This document shows positions 19,126 through 29,062 of a stretch of 64,000 bases of DNA, piece by piece. Each line of letters begins with the position of its first letter. Positions within the stretch are counted from its first letter, which is position 1. The position numbers were made by a program, and so were the translations under genes. The notes beneath the pieces were generated by a model that saw nothing but the letters and a program-made list of their open reading frames with translations, did no database searches and was not told the DNA's origin. This DNA is from Bacteroidota bacterium (GTDB lineage: Bacteria; Bacteroidota; Bacteroidia; AKYH767-A; 2013-40CM-41-45): NCBI GenBank assembly GCA_016720935.1, contig JADKJP010000004.1, forward strand, positions 203,521-267,520, written 5' to 3'.

Positions 19126-19608
19126 ATGAAAACCGCTGAAAATTTCGAAACAGGATGTTGCCCACGATTTAACCTTGATGCCTGGCAGGAAAAAGAAGTG
19201 ACTTTCACGGACAAATTATTTCTGAAAGATCATGTCACCAGTATTTTTCACATTCCGCTGAACTTTGGAAAGGTGATGGAGAAAAACATGGAAATAATTG
19301 AACACGCCGGAGCGAAAAGCAAAGAACAGCTTGTTTTGTCAGAAGAAAAATCTCCCTGGGGATCTGAAGTCCATATCGCGGTAGAAAAGGAAATCCCTCA
19401 GGCGGAAATGGAAAAGATTTCCGGCACTTTTTTATCAAAAGTTTTCGAAGGTTCCTACAACGAGATGGCGAAGTTCGTAGAACAGATGAAGGTGTATGTC
19501 CATTCTAAAGGAAAAGAAGCAAAGAAATTATTGTTCTACTATCCTTACTGTCCGAAGTGCGCGAAGGCTTACGGTAAAAACTACATAGTTATTTTGGCTC
19601 AATTGTAG
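19126..19608 (+). CDS. Hypothetical protein (C-terminal YYPYCPKCAK motif)
   Basis: ORF with good coding periodicity. Start placed at the internal Met (MKTAENF); the upstream GTG/TTG extension is doubtful. No family recognised. Confidence 0.45.
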   Translation: MKTAENFETGCCPRFNLDAWQEKEVTFTDKLFLKDHVTSIFHIPLNFGKVMEKNMEIIEHAGAKSKEQLVLSEEKSPWGSEVHIAVEKEIPQAEMEKISGTFLSKVFEGSYNEMAKFVEQMKVYVHSKGKEAKKLLFYYPYCPKCAKAYGKNYIVILAQL

Positions 19609-19613
19609 GTCAA

Positions 19614-20759
19614 CTAACTACTCTTCACCTCTTCCTTCCCATCCGCGTGTTTGGCAAACCTGCTTTTTTCACGCGGGTGAACCTGATCATATCTCGGCCA
19701 TGGCCAGCCACCGAATTGAGTGCGGTGATAATCTTCAAAAGCCTGGTTGATTTCTTCCTTGGTGTTCATCACAAATGGTCCGTATTGAATGACGGTTTCA
19801 CCAATCGGTTTTCCTTGGAGCAATAAGATACTAGTCGGCTGATCACCTGCCTGAACCAATACATCCATATTGGCTTCGAGTTCCACCGCATTGTATTTGG
19901 GAATGGAAGTACCTGCAAGATTGAGCGATTCACCTTCATAGAAATAAACGGTACGGTTAATTCCTGCAGAAGCTTTTGGCAAAGTCCAGACCGCGCCCGG
20001 ATTCATTTTAATATTCCATATAGCAACTTCATTACTCTCTGTCGCGGCCCAGGAATCCGGCGGAGGCGCAGGAGCTTTGATACTTCCGATCTTACCGGCA
20101 ATCACTTCAACTGTTGTTGATTTTCCGTTATTGTCTTTGTGAACATAACGTGGAATCATATCCTGCCATAACATTTTAAAATGCGGCTCAACCATTTTAT
20201 TTTTCTTCGGAAGATTCAGCCAGATCTGAAAAAGCTCCATCGGATTTTCCTTCTTTTCACTCAGCAGTGGAAACATTTCCGAATGCTGAACACCTTTGCC
20301 TGCAGTCATCCATTGCACATCACCATTACCATATCTTCCTGCCGCACCCATGGAATCCGCGTGATCCACGATACCTTGTCTGACCACCGTAATCGTTTCA
20401 AATCCCCGGTGAGGATGACCGGGAAAACCGGGAACTTTTTTCCCGTGATACATTCTGAAACCATCCTTGATGATAAAATCATCGCCGAGATTTCTTCCCT
20501 GCATCGATGTAACCGGACCCATCTCCGCATTTCCTTTTGGAAATTTGTCTTCATGATGAACACAAAACAAAAACGGATCTGCGGTGTCCCACATAAATCC
20601 AAGGGGTTTGATATTTTTTATCGGGTTCATTTTCTTGTCCTCAGGATTGATAGATTCTTTGATTGAATTTGAAATTCCGTTGAAAGGAACAGCAATTGCT
20701 GACACCAGTCCGAGAGTTACACGGGAGATGAAGCTTCTTCGCTTTAAGGGTTCGCTCAT
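19614..20759 (-). CDS. Pirin-family (bicupin) protein with twin-arginine (Tat) signal peptide
   Basis: N-terminal KRRSFISRVTLGL Tat motif; bicupin pirin motifs (HPHRGFETIT..., two cupin halves). Confidence 0.8.
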   Translation of the reverse strand: MSEPLKRRSFISRVTLGLVSAIAVPFNGISNSIKESINPEDKKMNPIKNIKPLGFMWDTADPFLFCVHHEDKFPKGNAEMGPVTSMQGRNLGDDFIIKDGFRMYHGKKVPGFPGHPHRGFETITVVRQGIVDHADSMGAAGRYGNGDVQWMTAGKGVQHSEMFPLLSEKKENPMELFQIWLNLPKKNKMVEPHFKMLWQDMIPRYVHKDNNGKSTTVEVIAGKIGSIKAPAPPPDSWAATESNEVAIWNIKMNPGAVWTLPKASAGINRTVYFYEGESLNLAGTSIPKYNAVELEANMDVLVQAGDQPTSILLLQGKPIGETVIQYGPFVMNTKEEINQAFEDYHRTQFGGWPWPRYDQVHPREKSRFAKHADGKEEVKSS

Positions 20760-20865
20760 TGGATTAGGATTGTTGGTTGGGGAGCTTGAAATTACAAAAT
20801 TTTAATTATTAAAACTGCGAGGCAGGATCGTTCAATTCAACCAGCCTGATTTTAACATTTGATGA

Positions 20866-20920
20866 TGAGTGGAAGAGTAAGTGTAAGTGCAAGTGCAAGT
20901 CTCAAGTTTGGGTGTTTAAA
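20866..20920 (+). repeat. (AAGTGCA/GTGGAAG)-type heptamer array
   Basis: gatgagt ggaagag taagtgt aagtgca agtgcaa gtctcaa gtttggg tgtttaa. Confidence 0.7.
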
Positions 20921-20947
20921 GAAATGAAAGATTTTCAATCCAAAGGG

Positions 20948-20990
20948 TACCAAAAACCAACAACCAAAAACTAATAACCAATAAAAAAAG
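20948..20990 (+). repeat. (ACCAAMA)n heptamer array abutting the tRNA-Val(GAC) 3' end
   Basis: accaaaa accaaca accaaaa actaata accaata aaaaaag, immediately followed by the tRNA at 20991. Confidence 0.8.
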
Positions 20991-21065
20991 TGGACGCTAC
21001 AGGATTCGAACCTGTGACCCCTACCCTGTCAAGGTAATGCTCTAAACCAACTGAGCTAAGCGTCC
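20991..21065 (-). tRNA. tRNA-Val (anticodon GAC)
   Basis: Reverse complement GGACGCTTAGCTCAGTTGGTTTAGAGCATTACCTTGACAGGGTAGGGGTCACAGGTTCGAATCCTGTAGCGTCCA folds as a cloverleaf with a 7-bp acceptor stem, anticodon loop TTGACAG and T-loop TTCGAAT. Confidence 0.85.
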
Positions 21066-21222
21066 ATTTCTTCCTGAATTCGGAAGAGGCGGCAAAACTA
21101 AAAATAAATCCGGATTCACTCTAAAATTTAAGCCTATTTCATCTTTCCGGCGCTATTTATCTGCGATGCGAAATGATTTTTGGGTTTAATTCGTAGATTT
21201 GCCTTAGTTCAAACAGAACATC

Positions 21223-22128
21223 TTGAGCCTCACTACAGAAAACATTTTTCGCAGTCGTTCCTCACCGGAATCCGCTTCCATTTTCATCCTTGATGAAAGC
21301 CTGGAAACGCAAACCGCCGGGCGTTGCGATCTGTTTGTTTCCGTGGAACCGGGCGGAATTCAGCTTGCTTTGAAGGAGCTAAAAGAGAATTGCTTTCTCG
21401 CACTTGAATGTTTTCCTGCTGATCCTAAAAAAACTGAAACACAATGGACGGAAGTTTTTGAAAAAATTTCCGCTCAAAGTAAGTTGCTCAGGAAATATGA
21501 ATTTGCCAGGGTCACAGTAAGTATTTCCACTCCGTATTACACATTGGTGCCGGATGGTTTATTCCGCAAAGGCGATGAGCAGGGTTACCTTCAGTTTAAT
21601 TTCCCAGTAGAACAGGACATGACTGTTTACGCAACCCCAGTTCCGTTTTTTCAATTGTATTCTGTTTTTGCCATTCCAACTTCCCTGGTTACCGAACTGA
21701 ATCATCTTTTTGAAGATCCTGAAATTGTTCACCACTCCAGGGCTCTCCTGGAAAGTATGAGCATGTTTGCACGTACGCACCAGGAGCGACAACTCTTTCT
21801 GAATTTTTACGGTAACGACATGGACGCGATTGTCACCGACGGAAAGAATCTCATTCTGATGAATTCATTTTCCTGCAAAGGCATTGAAGATACCTTGTAT
21901 TTCGTTCTCTTCCTTTGCGAACAGCTCGATATGAATCCGGAAACAATCGATGTTAGACTTGCCGGAAATATCGAAAAAGAATCCGCCTTGTATAAACTCT
22001 TGTTCCGTTACATTCGTAACCTGAGCTTCAGCACGCGTCCTGGTCCTGCCGAATACAGTTACGGCTTCAAGGATTTGCCTTCCCAGTTCTTTCACCCGCT
22101 TTTTAGTCTGGCCCTTTGCGAATCATAG
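21223..22128 (+). CDS. Hypothetical protein (DUF3822-like, commonly adjacent to rsmD in Bacteroidota)
   Basis: 301-aa ORF whose stop overlaps the rsmD start by 13 nt. Family assignment is from memory of conserved synteny, not verified. Confidence 0.5.
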   Translation: MSLTTENIFRSRSSPESASIFILDESLETQTAGRCDLFVSVEPGGIQLALKELKENCFLALECFPADPKKTETQWTEVFEKISAQSKLLRKYEFARVTVSISTPYYTLVPDGLFRKGDEQGYLQFNFPVEQDMTVYATPVPFFQLYSVFAIPTSLVTELNHLFEDPEIVHHSRALLESMSMFARTHQERQLFLNFYGNDMDAIVTDGKNLILMNSFSCKGIEDTLYFVLFLCEQLDMNPETIDVRLAGNIEKESALYKLLFRYIRNLSFSTRPGPAEYSYGFKDLPSQFFHPLFSLALCES

Positions 22129-22649
22129 GAGGAAAATACGGAGGCCGCACTTTACTTGCTCCGGCTTCTTTGCCTGTGAGGCCGACAACAGATTACGCGA
22201 AGTCGGGCTTATTCAATATCCTCAACAACAAAATCGATTTTGAATCCCTGCGTGTGCTTGATCTGTTTAGCGGAGTCGGCGGAATCAGTCTTGAATTCGC
22301 GTCCAGAGGCGCGAAAAGTGTTACCGCTGTGGATATTCATTTCAATTGTGTCAAATACCTGAATGATACCGCAGCAAAACTTGGCATCAAAGAACTGAAA
22401 TGCATTCGTTCCGATGTCTACAAGTTCCTGAAACAAAACACCTCCACCTACGATCTGATATTCGCTGATCCGCCATTTGATCAAGCCGAAACCGACCAGA
22501 TCCCGGATCTGGTTTTTGAAAGAAATCTACTCGAACCCGGAGGAATTCTTATCGTTGAACATCAATCCAAACGAGAACTAAATTCAAAAATCCCGGCCAC
22601 CGAAATACGGAAGTATGGGAATGTGGGGTTTTCGTTTTATGAAGCTTAA
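22116..22649 (+). CDS. rsmD: 16S rRNA (guanine966-N2)-methyltransferase
   Basis: MRIIGGKYGGRTL...PTTD N-terminus, SAM-binding LDLFSGVGGISLE and DPPF catalytic motif. Confidence 0.8.
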   Translation: MRIIGGKYGGRTLLAPASLPVRPTTDYAKSGLFNILNNKIDFESLRVLDLFSGVGGISLEFASRGAKSVTAVDIHFNCVKYLNDTAAKLGIKELKCIRSDVYKFLKQNTSTYDLIFADPPFDQAETDQIPDLVFERNLLEPGGILIVEHQSKRELNSKIPATEIRKYGNVGFSFYEA

Positions 22650-22653
22650 TTTA

Positions 22654-22710
22654 CTTGGTACCTGGCACCTTGTACCATGTAATTAGTACAAGGTACCAGG
22701 ATTATTGTTA
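22654..22710 (+). repeat. Palindromic (YNGGTAC)n heptamer array forming a 15-bp-stem hairpin
   Basis: ttggtac ctggcac cttgtac catgtaa ttagtac aaggtac cagg; cctggcaccttgtac is inverted with gtacaaggtaccagg (one mismatch). Confidence 0.75.
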
Positions 22711-22750
22711 GGAAAACTTTAAAATTATTTTCGATATTTGATATCTCAAT

Positions 22751-22816
22751 CTAAGCACCAAGCACCAAGCACCAAGCATCAACACCTAACACCTAACAAC
22801 TAACAACTAACAACCA
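22751..22816 (+). repeat. (CTAAGCA/CCAAGCA/CTAACAA)n heptamer array ending 6 nt before the coaD ATG
   Basis: ctaagca ccaagca ccaagca ccaagca tcaacac ctaacac ctaacaa ctaacaa ctaacaa ccactcc. Confidence 0.9.
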
Positions 22817-22822
22817 CTCCGA

Positions 22823-23287
22823 ATGTCATCAAAAAAAATCGCAGTATTCCCGGGATCATTTGATCCAATCACGAAAGGGCACGAAAGCATTGTGAGCCGT
22901 TGTCTGGATTTATTTGATGAAATCGTTATCGGTATTGGTTACAATTCAAACAAACATTATTATTTCTCACAGGACAGACGGGAACATTTTATTAAAAAGA
23001 CTTTTGAAAATCAAAGCAAGGTCAGGGTTGAAAGATACAGCGGACTCACTGTTGAGTTTTGCAAACAGATTGGCGCGCAGTACATCCTGCGTGGACTGCG
23101 TACATCAGCAGACTTTGAATTCGAGCGTGCGATTGCACAGATGAACAGGGCCATGATTCCGGAAGTAGAAACTATTTTTATTGTATCCGATCCTGCATTG
23201 TCACATATCTCCTCCACGATCGTCCGTGACATCCTGCTCTACCAGGGAGATGTTTCCAAATTTGTTCCGGTTGCCGTTACAGTTTAA
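22823..23287 (+). CDS. coaD: Pantetheine-phosphate adenylyltransferase
   Basis: AVFPGSFDPITKGHE nucleotidyltransferase motif; length 154 aa. Confidence 0.9.
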   Translation: MSSKKIAVFPGSFDPITKGHESIVSRCLDLFDEIVIGIGYNSNKHYYFSQDRREHFIKKTFENQSKVRVERYSGLTVEFCKQIGAQYILRGLRTSADFEFERAIAQMNRAMIPEVETIFIVSDPALSHISSTIVRDILLYQGDVSKFVPVAVTV

Positions 23288-23385
23288 TTTCCTTCGGAAT
23301 TTCTTCAAATAGATTCGATATCCCTGCGTTAGATATTCAAACAATCAAAAGATACGGGAAGATTATTTCTAATTCATTCATACAA

Positions 23386-24171
23386 ATGAATCGGTTACTC
23401 ATCACATTGCTTGTTGTTCTCGGACTGAATTGCATTCGCACTACCGCCAATGCACAGGGAACCCTTGTGTTTTGTGAAAGTGTCACACCTGCCGGTCAGC
23501 CTGTGGGAATCATGGAATCACTGATAATGGATCCGGGCGGACAAACAGTGAAGATGTTTTATAAAGCCTCGAATGGAAAACTGGATACCAGAAAAATAAA
23601 AATCACTTTCGAAAAGCTGAAGAAGAGCGCTTTCCAAAAAATCAATGAGATTTCATTTTTCAGCGACCCGACAAAGGAGAGCATTGTGAATGATTTCAGG
23701 ATTGTTGAAAGCGGAGATTACAGAATTCGTTATTACGATTACGATAACAAACTTCTCGCGGATGAAGTATTAAGTGTTTCTGATGCCATGCAGGAAGGAG
23801 ATTCTCAACATGAAACTGATGCTGTGGCTCTTGCTCCCGACAGTTTGCACACTACTCAGATACTTTTTTCAGACGGCCCACTTGGTGATGGCGCCAATCT
23901 GAATACGGAATTTTCATTTCGAGGAACACATGGCAAATTGCATCTCTACATAGAACCGTTCGATGAAAACAACAAAAACAGAATTGTGGATATCTGGAAA
24001 AAAGAAGGCGAAGAATACAGCCGGTTCGTGAACTCGAGTCAATTTTCTTTTTCAGCTGATAAAAACCGTGGCTTTACCATCGTGACATTTCCTGAAGCTG
24101 CGGCCTATAAAGTTACGCTCTACACCACAGAAAATATCCTGATCACCACCAGCTACGTAGAGTTCAAATAA
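23386..24171 (+). CDS. Hypothetical secreted protein
   Basis: Signal peptide (MNRLLITLLVVLGLNCIRTTANAQG); no recognised domain. Confidence 0.45.
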   Translation: MNRLLITLLVVLGLNCIRTTANAQGTLVFCESVTPAGQPVGIMESLIMDPGGQTVKMFYKASNGKLDTRKIKITFEKLKKSAFQKINEISFFSDPTKESIVNDFRIVESGDYRIRYYDYDNKLLADEVLSVSDAMQEGDSQHETDAVALAPDSLHTTQILFSDGPLGDGANLNTEFSFRGTHGKLHLYIEPFDENNKNRIVDIWKKEGEEYSRFVNSSQFSFSADKNRGFTIVTFPEAAAYKVTLYTTENILITTSYVEFK

Positions 24172-24174
24172 TGC

Positions 24175-24816
24175 TTACTTCACAGGAGTAAAAAAAGTTT
24201 CCAGCAGATCCCGGATTGAAATATACGTTTTTGGATAAACAGTTTTTATTATTTCCTCTTCCGACATCCACACAGCTTCCTGAATATCTTCTTCCGCCTG
24301 TGGAACAAGTTCACGTTTGTCTTCGGAATCCATCAGGTACCAATGTGTTTTTTTGAGAATGCGCTTACCGCCCTCAGGATAGGTATGAAATGTTGCAGGC
24401 AATGCTTTGAGAATTCTCAACTGACCAATTCCACACTCCTCTTCCACTTCGCGCACAGCGGCCTGTTCAGGAGTTTCATCATAGTCGAGTTTTCCTTTTG
24501 GTAAATCCCATTTTCCTCTTCTGAAAATCACCAGGTATTTATCTTCCTCATTTTTCACCAATCCACCTGCTGCTTCTATCAATGTATACAAAGAGACAAA
24601 ACGAAGCCAGCATTGAGCGGGAGAATCCGACAAATAAATAACTTGTTTCCACTTTTTATTTCTCTCCAATTCACCGACTGCCTTCTCGAGCGGCATCGCG
24701 GATTCACTCAACACCTGGATTCCCTCTGAAGAATCTTCTTTGAGAGGATTGTAAATCTCCCTGATGAGAAAGGGTTTATCATTTACAAAAACTTTGAATT
24801 CGCTTTTTTCTTTCAT
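24175..24816 (-). CDS. NUDIX hydrolase with N-terminal extension domain
   Basis: Nudix box GKWDLPKGKLDYDETPEQAAVREVEEECG. Confidence 0.7.
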   Translation of the reverse strand: MKEKSEFKVFVNDKPFLIREIYNPLKEDSSEGIQVLSESAMPLEKAVGELERNKKWKQVIYLSDSPAQCWLRFVSLYTLIEAAGGLVKNEEDKYLVIFRRGKWDLPKGKLDYDETPEQAAVREVEEECGIGQLRILKALPATFHTYPEGGKRILKKTHWYLMDSEDKRELVPQAEEDIQEAVWMSEEEIIKTVYPKTYISIRDLLETFFTPVK

Positions 24817-24946
24817 CCTTCTTTACCGCTAAACCTGATGCATGACAAAGGTAAGCGATTGAACGCAATGCATTGATCTGATGAAAATCATTTTTTTGAT
24901 TTGTTGTTCACTTTGTCAAGTGGCGGAAATCGTGTACGTTTGTCCT

Positions 24947-25588
24947 ATGCCAGTAAAAGACGAAACGGCAGGGAATATTGCCGAATACCTCCTCCAGATC
25001 AAAGCGATAAAATTACAACCCGACAAGCCTTTTACCTGGGCTTCAGGATGGAAATCACCGATTTACTGTGACAACAGAATAAGCTTATCCTATCCTAAAG
25101 TCAGGACATACATCCGCCAGGCACTTGTTAAAGCAATCGAAGAAAAGTTCGGTAAGCCGGACTGTATCGCAGGTGTTGCCACAGCAGCCATTGCTCAGGG
25201 AGCATTGGTAGCGGAAGCCATGGGATTGCCTTTCGTGTATGTCAGATCCTCCCCCAAGGATCATGGTCGGGAAAATCTGATCGAAGGCGAAATCAGCAAG
25301 GGCCAGTCAGTAGTTGTCATTGAAGACCTCATTTCTACAGGCAAATCATCTCTCAAAGCTGTCGAAGCACTCCGCGAAGCAGGTTGCAAAGTGAAAGGTA
25401 TGATTTCTGTTTTCACCTACGGCTTCCCGCTTGCAGACGCGAATTTCGAAAAAGAAAACTGTCAGAATATTTCTCTCTGCGATTACGAAACCCTTCTCGA
25501 AAAAGCACTTGAAGCAAAATACATCTCCAAAAACGATCTCGACACTCTCCGTAAATGGCGAGAGGCTCCGGAAGCATGGGGGATTTAG
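24947..25588 (+). CDS. pyrE: Orotate phosphoribosyltransferase
   Basis: PRPP-binding VVVIEDLISTGKS motif. The ORF-track start at 24881 adds a 22-aa Cys-rich extension; the internal ATG at 24947 is preferred. Confidence 0.85.
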   Translation: MPVKDETAGNIAEYLLQIKAIKLQPDKPFTWASGWKSPIYCDNRISLSYPKVRTYIRQALVKAIEEKFGKPDCIAGVATAAIAQGALVAEAMGLPFVYVRSSPKDHGRENLIEGEISKGQSVVVIEDLISTGKSSLKAVEALREAGCKVKGMISVFTYGFPLADANFEKENCQNISLCDYETLLEKALEAKYISKNDLDTLRKWREAPEAWGI

Positions 25589-25632
25589 TGAGTTATGAGT
25601 TTTGAATTATGAATTATGAGTTATGAGTTATT
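25587..25632 (+). repeat. (ATGAGTT/ATGAATT)n heptamer array overlapping the pyrE stop codon
   Basis: gtgagtt atgagtt ttgaatt atgaatt atgagtt atgagtt att. Confidence 0.85.
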
Positions 25633-25793
25633 TTGCTTCTGGTTCACCGTTATTTAATTTTAATTGAATAAAATAGCTAACCTAAAAAACCTAGAGCACT
25701 CAGAAATTACCCTTCACTAAACACCAGAGTCCAGACTATTACTTTCGCAAATCACAGACACCACACACGCACTTCACAAACACTCCCTCAACA

Positions 25794-26189
25794 ATGACTC
25801 GTATCGAAAGTGACAAAGTAGTTGTAAAAAAAACACAGGCTGAGATTTATAATTTCCTGAGCAACTTCAACAATTTCCAGAAACTGATGCCTGAACAGGT
25901 AACGAACTGGCAATCGACAGAAGAAGAATGCAGTTTCACCATCGCGGGAATGGCCAGTCTTGGAATGAAAATTATTGAAAAGACACCGAATAGTCAGATA
26001 AAAGTTACAAGAAACGGAAAAGCTCCTTTTGATTTTAATCTCGACTGCGCCATCAAAGATCTTTCTGACAATTGCGAAGTACAACTTGCATTCGATGCTG
26101 ATCTGAATCCGATGCTGAAAATGATGGCAGTCAAACCACTCACGAACTTTTTAAATCTCCTCGTACACAAACTCAACGAATTGCCATAA
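25794..26189 (+). CDS. SRPBCC (START/Bet v1-like) ligand-binding domain protein
   Basis: 131-aa protein with the cyclase/dehydrase-like pattern (EIYNFLSNFNNFQKLMPEQV). Confidence 0.45.
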   Translation: MTRIESDKVVVKKTQAEIYNFLSNFNNFQKLMPEQVTNWQSTEEECSFTIAGMASLGMKIIEKTPNSQIKVTRNGKAPFDFNLDCAIKDLSDNCEVQLAFDADLNPMLKMMAVKPLTNFLNLLVHKLNELP

Positions 26190-26212
26190 ACACGTTGTTC
26201 CAAAAATTCACA

Positions 26213-26253
26213 AAAAAGATTTGTTAAGGATTCCTCAACAAATCTTTTTTTTA
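26213..26253 (+). terminator. Rho-independent terminator
   Basis: AAAAGATTTGTT..AACAAATCTTTTTTTT: 12-bp stem followed by T8. Confidence 0.8.
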
Positions 26254-26358
26254 TGTCCTCATTCTGTTCGTTTTTCATCCGATAGCGTTAAACTTTGTTA
26301 GCGAATTCCGGGAATCAAAAACCACGATTTACTTTGCGCTTCCAAATAAAAATTCATT

Positions 26359-27678
26359 ATGAAAAAATTTACCCCCACTCCATTTACATTCATTCTATCC
26401 TTCATTCTTTTACTCAGCAATCTTGTAGCATTTTCGACACCTCCGCAATGGACAAGTCTGATAACCGGCACTACAGAAAAACTTCGAGATGTCAATTTCC
26501 TTGATCCGGATTATGGTATTGTTGTTGGCGACAATGCAACAGTTCTCCTCACAAGTGATGGTGGACAAACCTGGTCCAACATCAACGCGCATGCATTTTC
26601 AGGAAATGTGTATTCCGGTTTGGTTTTGAATCAGGATACATTCGTGGTTTGCACCTTTGATCAAATCAATTTTACCGGTGGAACATATATCACTTATAAT
26701 GCCGGCAATAGCTGGACACAGATCGGCACAGAACCCGGAACCGCGCATCCAACTCAATTGGGAAGCTCAGATCATCAGAATATCTATTCAGTTGGAAGTA
26801 ATTTATTGAGGTCAACAAATTCGGGCCTAGCTTGGGATACTTTGCTTCAATATACAGGCGGAATCAATTCCCTTTACCAGATCCAGTTTCAGGATCAGCA
26901 AACCGGTGTCGCGGGCGGATTGAACTCAGGCTTCGCGACGTATTCGGCAAATTTCGCGCGTACGACCAATGGAACAAACTGGTACCTGGCTGATGTTTTT
27001 TCATTTCCGAACGCGGATGCATACACAACACTTGACTTCCCGGCGCTGGATACCGGTTATATGTTTGTGAATCATTACAACGGATTTGTTCCTTCGAATC
27101 AGAATGCACTCTGGAAGCTTTACAACTTCACACTAAGCGTCCCCTTCCCCGGCGATTCACTTGTGCAGTTCAGCAGTCAGATCGTGAACGCGAACACACC
27201 GGGATATGCATTCGCCGCTGATTTTCAAGATACTCAAAACGGGTATGCTTTATTTACCGGTGGAACAATTTACAAAACCAATGACGGTGGTCTCAACTGG
27301 AACCTTGATTTCACTTCTACTGCAGATACTTTATCCGATATTCAAATCTTTGAAGAAAGCACAGGATATGCGGTTGGCGATGACGGAACCGTTTTGAAAT
27401 TATCGCAAAGCACGGCTGTTCCTTCTGTTCAAAAAGAAGTGTCCTACCACTTATTCCCCAACCCCGCTTCTGACAAAGTAGTATTGTCATGTCATTCAAA
27501 AGAAAACTCATTGACATATTCCATTGTATCCCTGGACGGCAAAATCTGTTTAAGCGGAATAATAAAAGATAAAAATACAGACATCAATATTTCTGACCTC
27601 ACTCCAGGAGTTTATTCTTTTAAGCTTTTGAATCCCGATGGAACCTTGCTGAGCGATTCGAAACTGTTGAAGCAGTAA
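26359..27678 (+). CDS. Secreted Ycf48/BNR-like beta-propeller protein with T9SS C-terminal domain
   Basis: Signal peptide; repeated S(D/T)GG.TW sialidase-like BNR motifs; C-terminal YHLFPNPASDKVVLS...YSFKLL Por-secretion CTD. Confidence 0.65.
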   Translation: MKKFTPTPFTFILSFILLLSNLVAFSTPPQWTSLITGTTEKLRDVNFLDPDYGIVVGDNATVLLTSDGGQTWSNINAHAFSGNVYSGLVLNQDTFVVCTFDQINFTGGTYITYNAGNSWTQIGTEPGTAHPTQLGSSDHQNIYSVGSNLLRSTNSGLAWDTLLQYTGGINSLYQIQFQDQQTGVAGGLNSGFATYSANFARTTNGTNWYLADVFSFPNADAYTTLDFPALDTGYMFVNHYNGFVPSNQNALWKLYNFTLSVPFPGDSLVQFSSQIVNANTPGYAFAADFQDTQNGYALFTGGTIYKTNDGGLNWNLDFTSTADTLSDIQIFEESTGYAVGDDGTVLKLSQSTAVPSVQKEVSYHLFPNPASDKVVLSCHSKENSLTYSIVSLDGKICLSGIIKDKNTDINISDLTPGVYSFKLLNPDGTLLSDSKLLKQ

Positions 27679-27700
27679 ACAAAAACAGATTAACTATCGA

Positions 27701-28462
27701 TCAGATAAATCGAATCTCCTTGGTGTCATACGAAACAACTTGGCCGTCTTCCGATTTCAGGGTAAGGCGGCCTGAAGGATCGATGCCGGTGATTTTCGCA
27801 GTGAAAACTGTATTCGCTTTTTCAAATGGAAACCATTCGTCAAAACGATACAGGACGTTCAGGTAATCTCTGTTGAGTAAATCGTATTCTCCTCTTTTCA
27901 GCTGAAGATACCTCGCTTCAAGAAAATTGCACAGGGCATTGATTTCTTCATCGAGATTCAACTCCTTTCCTATTATCTGGGACATGGAAATAGCGATATC
28001 CAAAAAATCCGGAAACACGTCCTGGTTTACATTTAAACCGATACCAAGGATGGACTGGTTGATACTACTGCTGTTGATTTGGTTCTCTACGAGGATCCCA
28101 CAAATCTTCTTGTTTTTGAAATATATGTCATTAGGCCACTTGATTCGGACATCGCTCCCAACATGGGATTTGACGTAATCAAAAATGCCAAGGGAATAAG
28201 CTTTATTGAGCATGAAAATATCCTTTACATGCAAAAAAACGGGAAAAAAGGCGATGCTAACCAACATATTCTTGCCTTTTTCGCTAAACCAGCGGGTTTC
28301 ACCCTGTCCGCGGCCGGCTGACTGACTTGATGCTTTCAGGAGGGTTCCCTCAGGCATAATACGCATTCGGAGCAAATCAGAAAGGTAGGAATTGGTAGAC
28401 ATAACCGTCCCCAAAGAAATGACCTGCCGCCCTGTGAATAAGGTTGTTAACTCTTTTTGCAT
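27701..28462 (-). CDS. birA: Biotin--[acetyl-CoA-carboxylase] ligase
   Basis: GRGQ(G)xxRW adenylation motif (QSAGRGQGETRWFSEKG) and C-terminal SH3-like domain; no N-terminal HTH (group I BirA). Confidence 0.75.
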   Translation of the reverse strand: MQKELTTLFTGRQVISLGTVMSTNSYLSDLLRMRIMPEGTLLKASSQSAGRGQGETRWFSEKGKNMLVSIAFFPVFLHVKDIFMLNKAYSLGIFDYVKSHVGSDVRIKWPNDIYFKNKKICGILVENQINSSSINQSILGIGLNVNQDVFPDFLDIAISMSQIIGKELNLDEEINALCNFLEARYLQLKRGEYDLLNRDYLNVLYRFDEWFPFEKANTVFTAKITGIDPSGRLTLKSEDGQVVSYDTKEIRFI

Positions 28463-28561
28463 AAAATAAAGAATGGTAAGTCCTGAACGGAATACCTTTA
28501 AGTGTCGACAATATTTTCAGTACTTTTGCGTCCTCAATCTTGATAAGACTTAATCAGAAGA

Positions 28562-28978
28562 ATGATCAAAAAGACTAAATCTCCTTCGCGAAAGGTAACG
28601 AAAAAACCTTCGAAAAAGACAGATGAATCGGTACGAATGAAGGATTTGATTGTGGAAGGAATGCAGGAAAAAAAAGCAAAGGACATTGTCTGTATTGATC
28701 TCCGAAATTTAAAAAATGCCGTGGCAGATTTTTTTGTGGTCTGTCACGCGGATTCCAGGACTCACATTGACGCAATTGCCCGTTCCGTTGAAGAATTCGT
28801 CTACAAAAAACAAGGTGAAGATCCCCTTCACCGCGAAGGAATGGCGAATTCAGAGTGGATATTGCTCGATTATGTCAATGTGGTTGCCCACGTTTTCCGC
28901 CAGGAACAGCGGGAATTTTATGGAATCGAGCGCCTGTGGGCGGACGCCGAAATTCAGCGTATTGCAAGTAACTATTAA
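28562..28978 (+). CDS. rsfS: Ribosome silencing factor RsfS (Iojap family) with Lys-rich N-terminal tail
   Basis: Conserved core ...IVCIDLRNL...DFFVVCHADSRTHIDAIARSV...GMANSEWILLDYVNVVAHVF. Confidence 0.8.
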   Translation: MIKKTKSPSRKVTKKPSKKTDESVRMKDLIVEGMQEKKAKDIVCIDLRNLKNAVADFFVVCHADSRTHIDAIARSVEEFVYKKQGEDPLHREGMANSEWILLDYVNVVAHVFRQEQREFYGIERLWADAEIQRIASNY

Positions 28979-29062
28979 TCCGTAACTTTGTTAAAGATGA
29001 CGATATGTCGGATGCCATGAAGATGGTATCATGTTTGACTTTCGTATACGATTACATTTTCC

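Noticed and set aside
20181-20805. Antisense and overlapping ORFs within and upstream of the pirin gene (20181..20666, 20306..20602, 20584..20805)
   Set aside because: They are embedded in, or antisense to, a well-supported pirin CDS or lie in the repeat-rich leader; no independent support.
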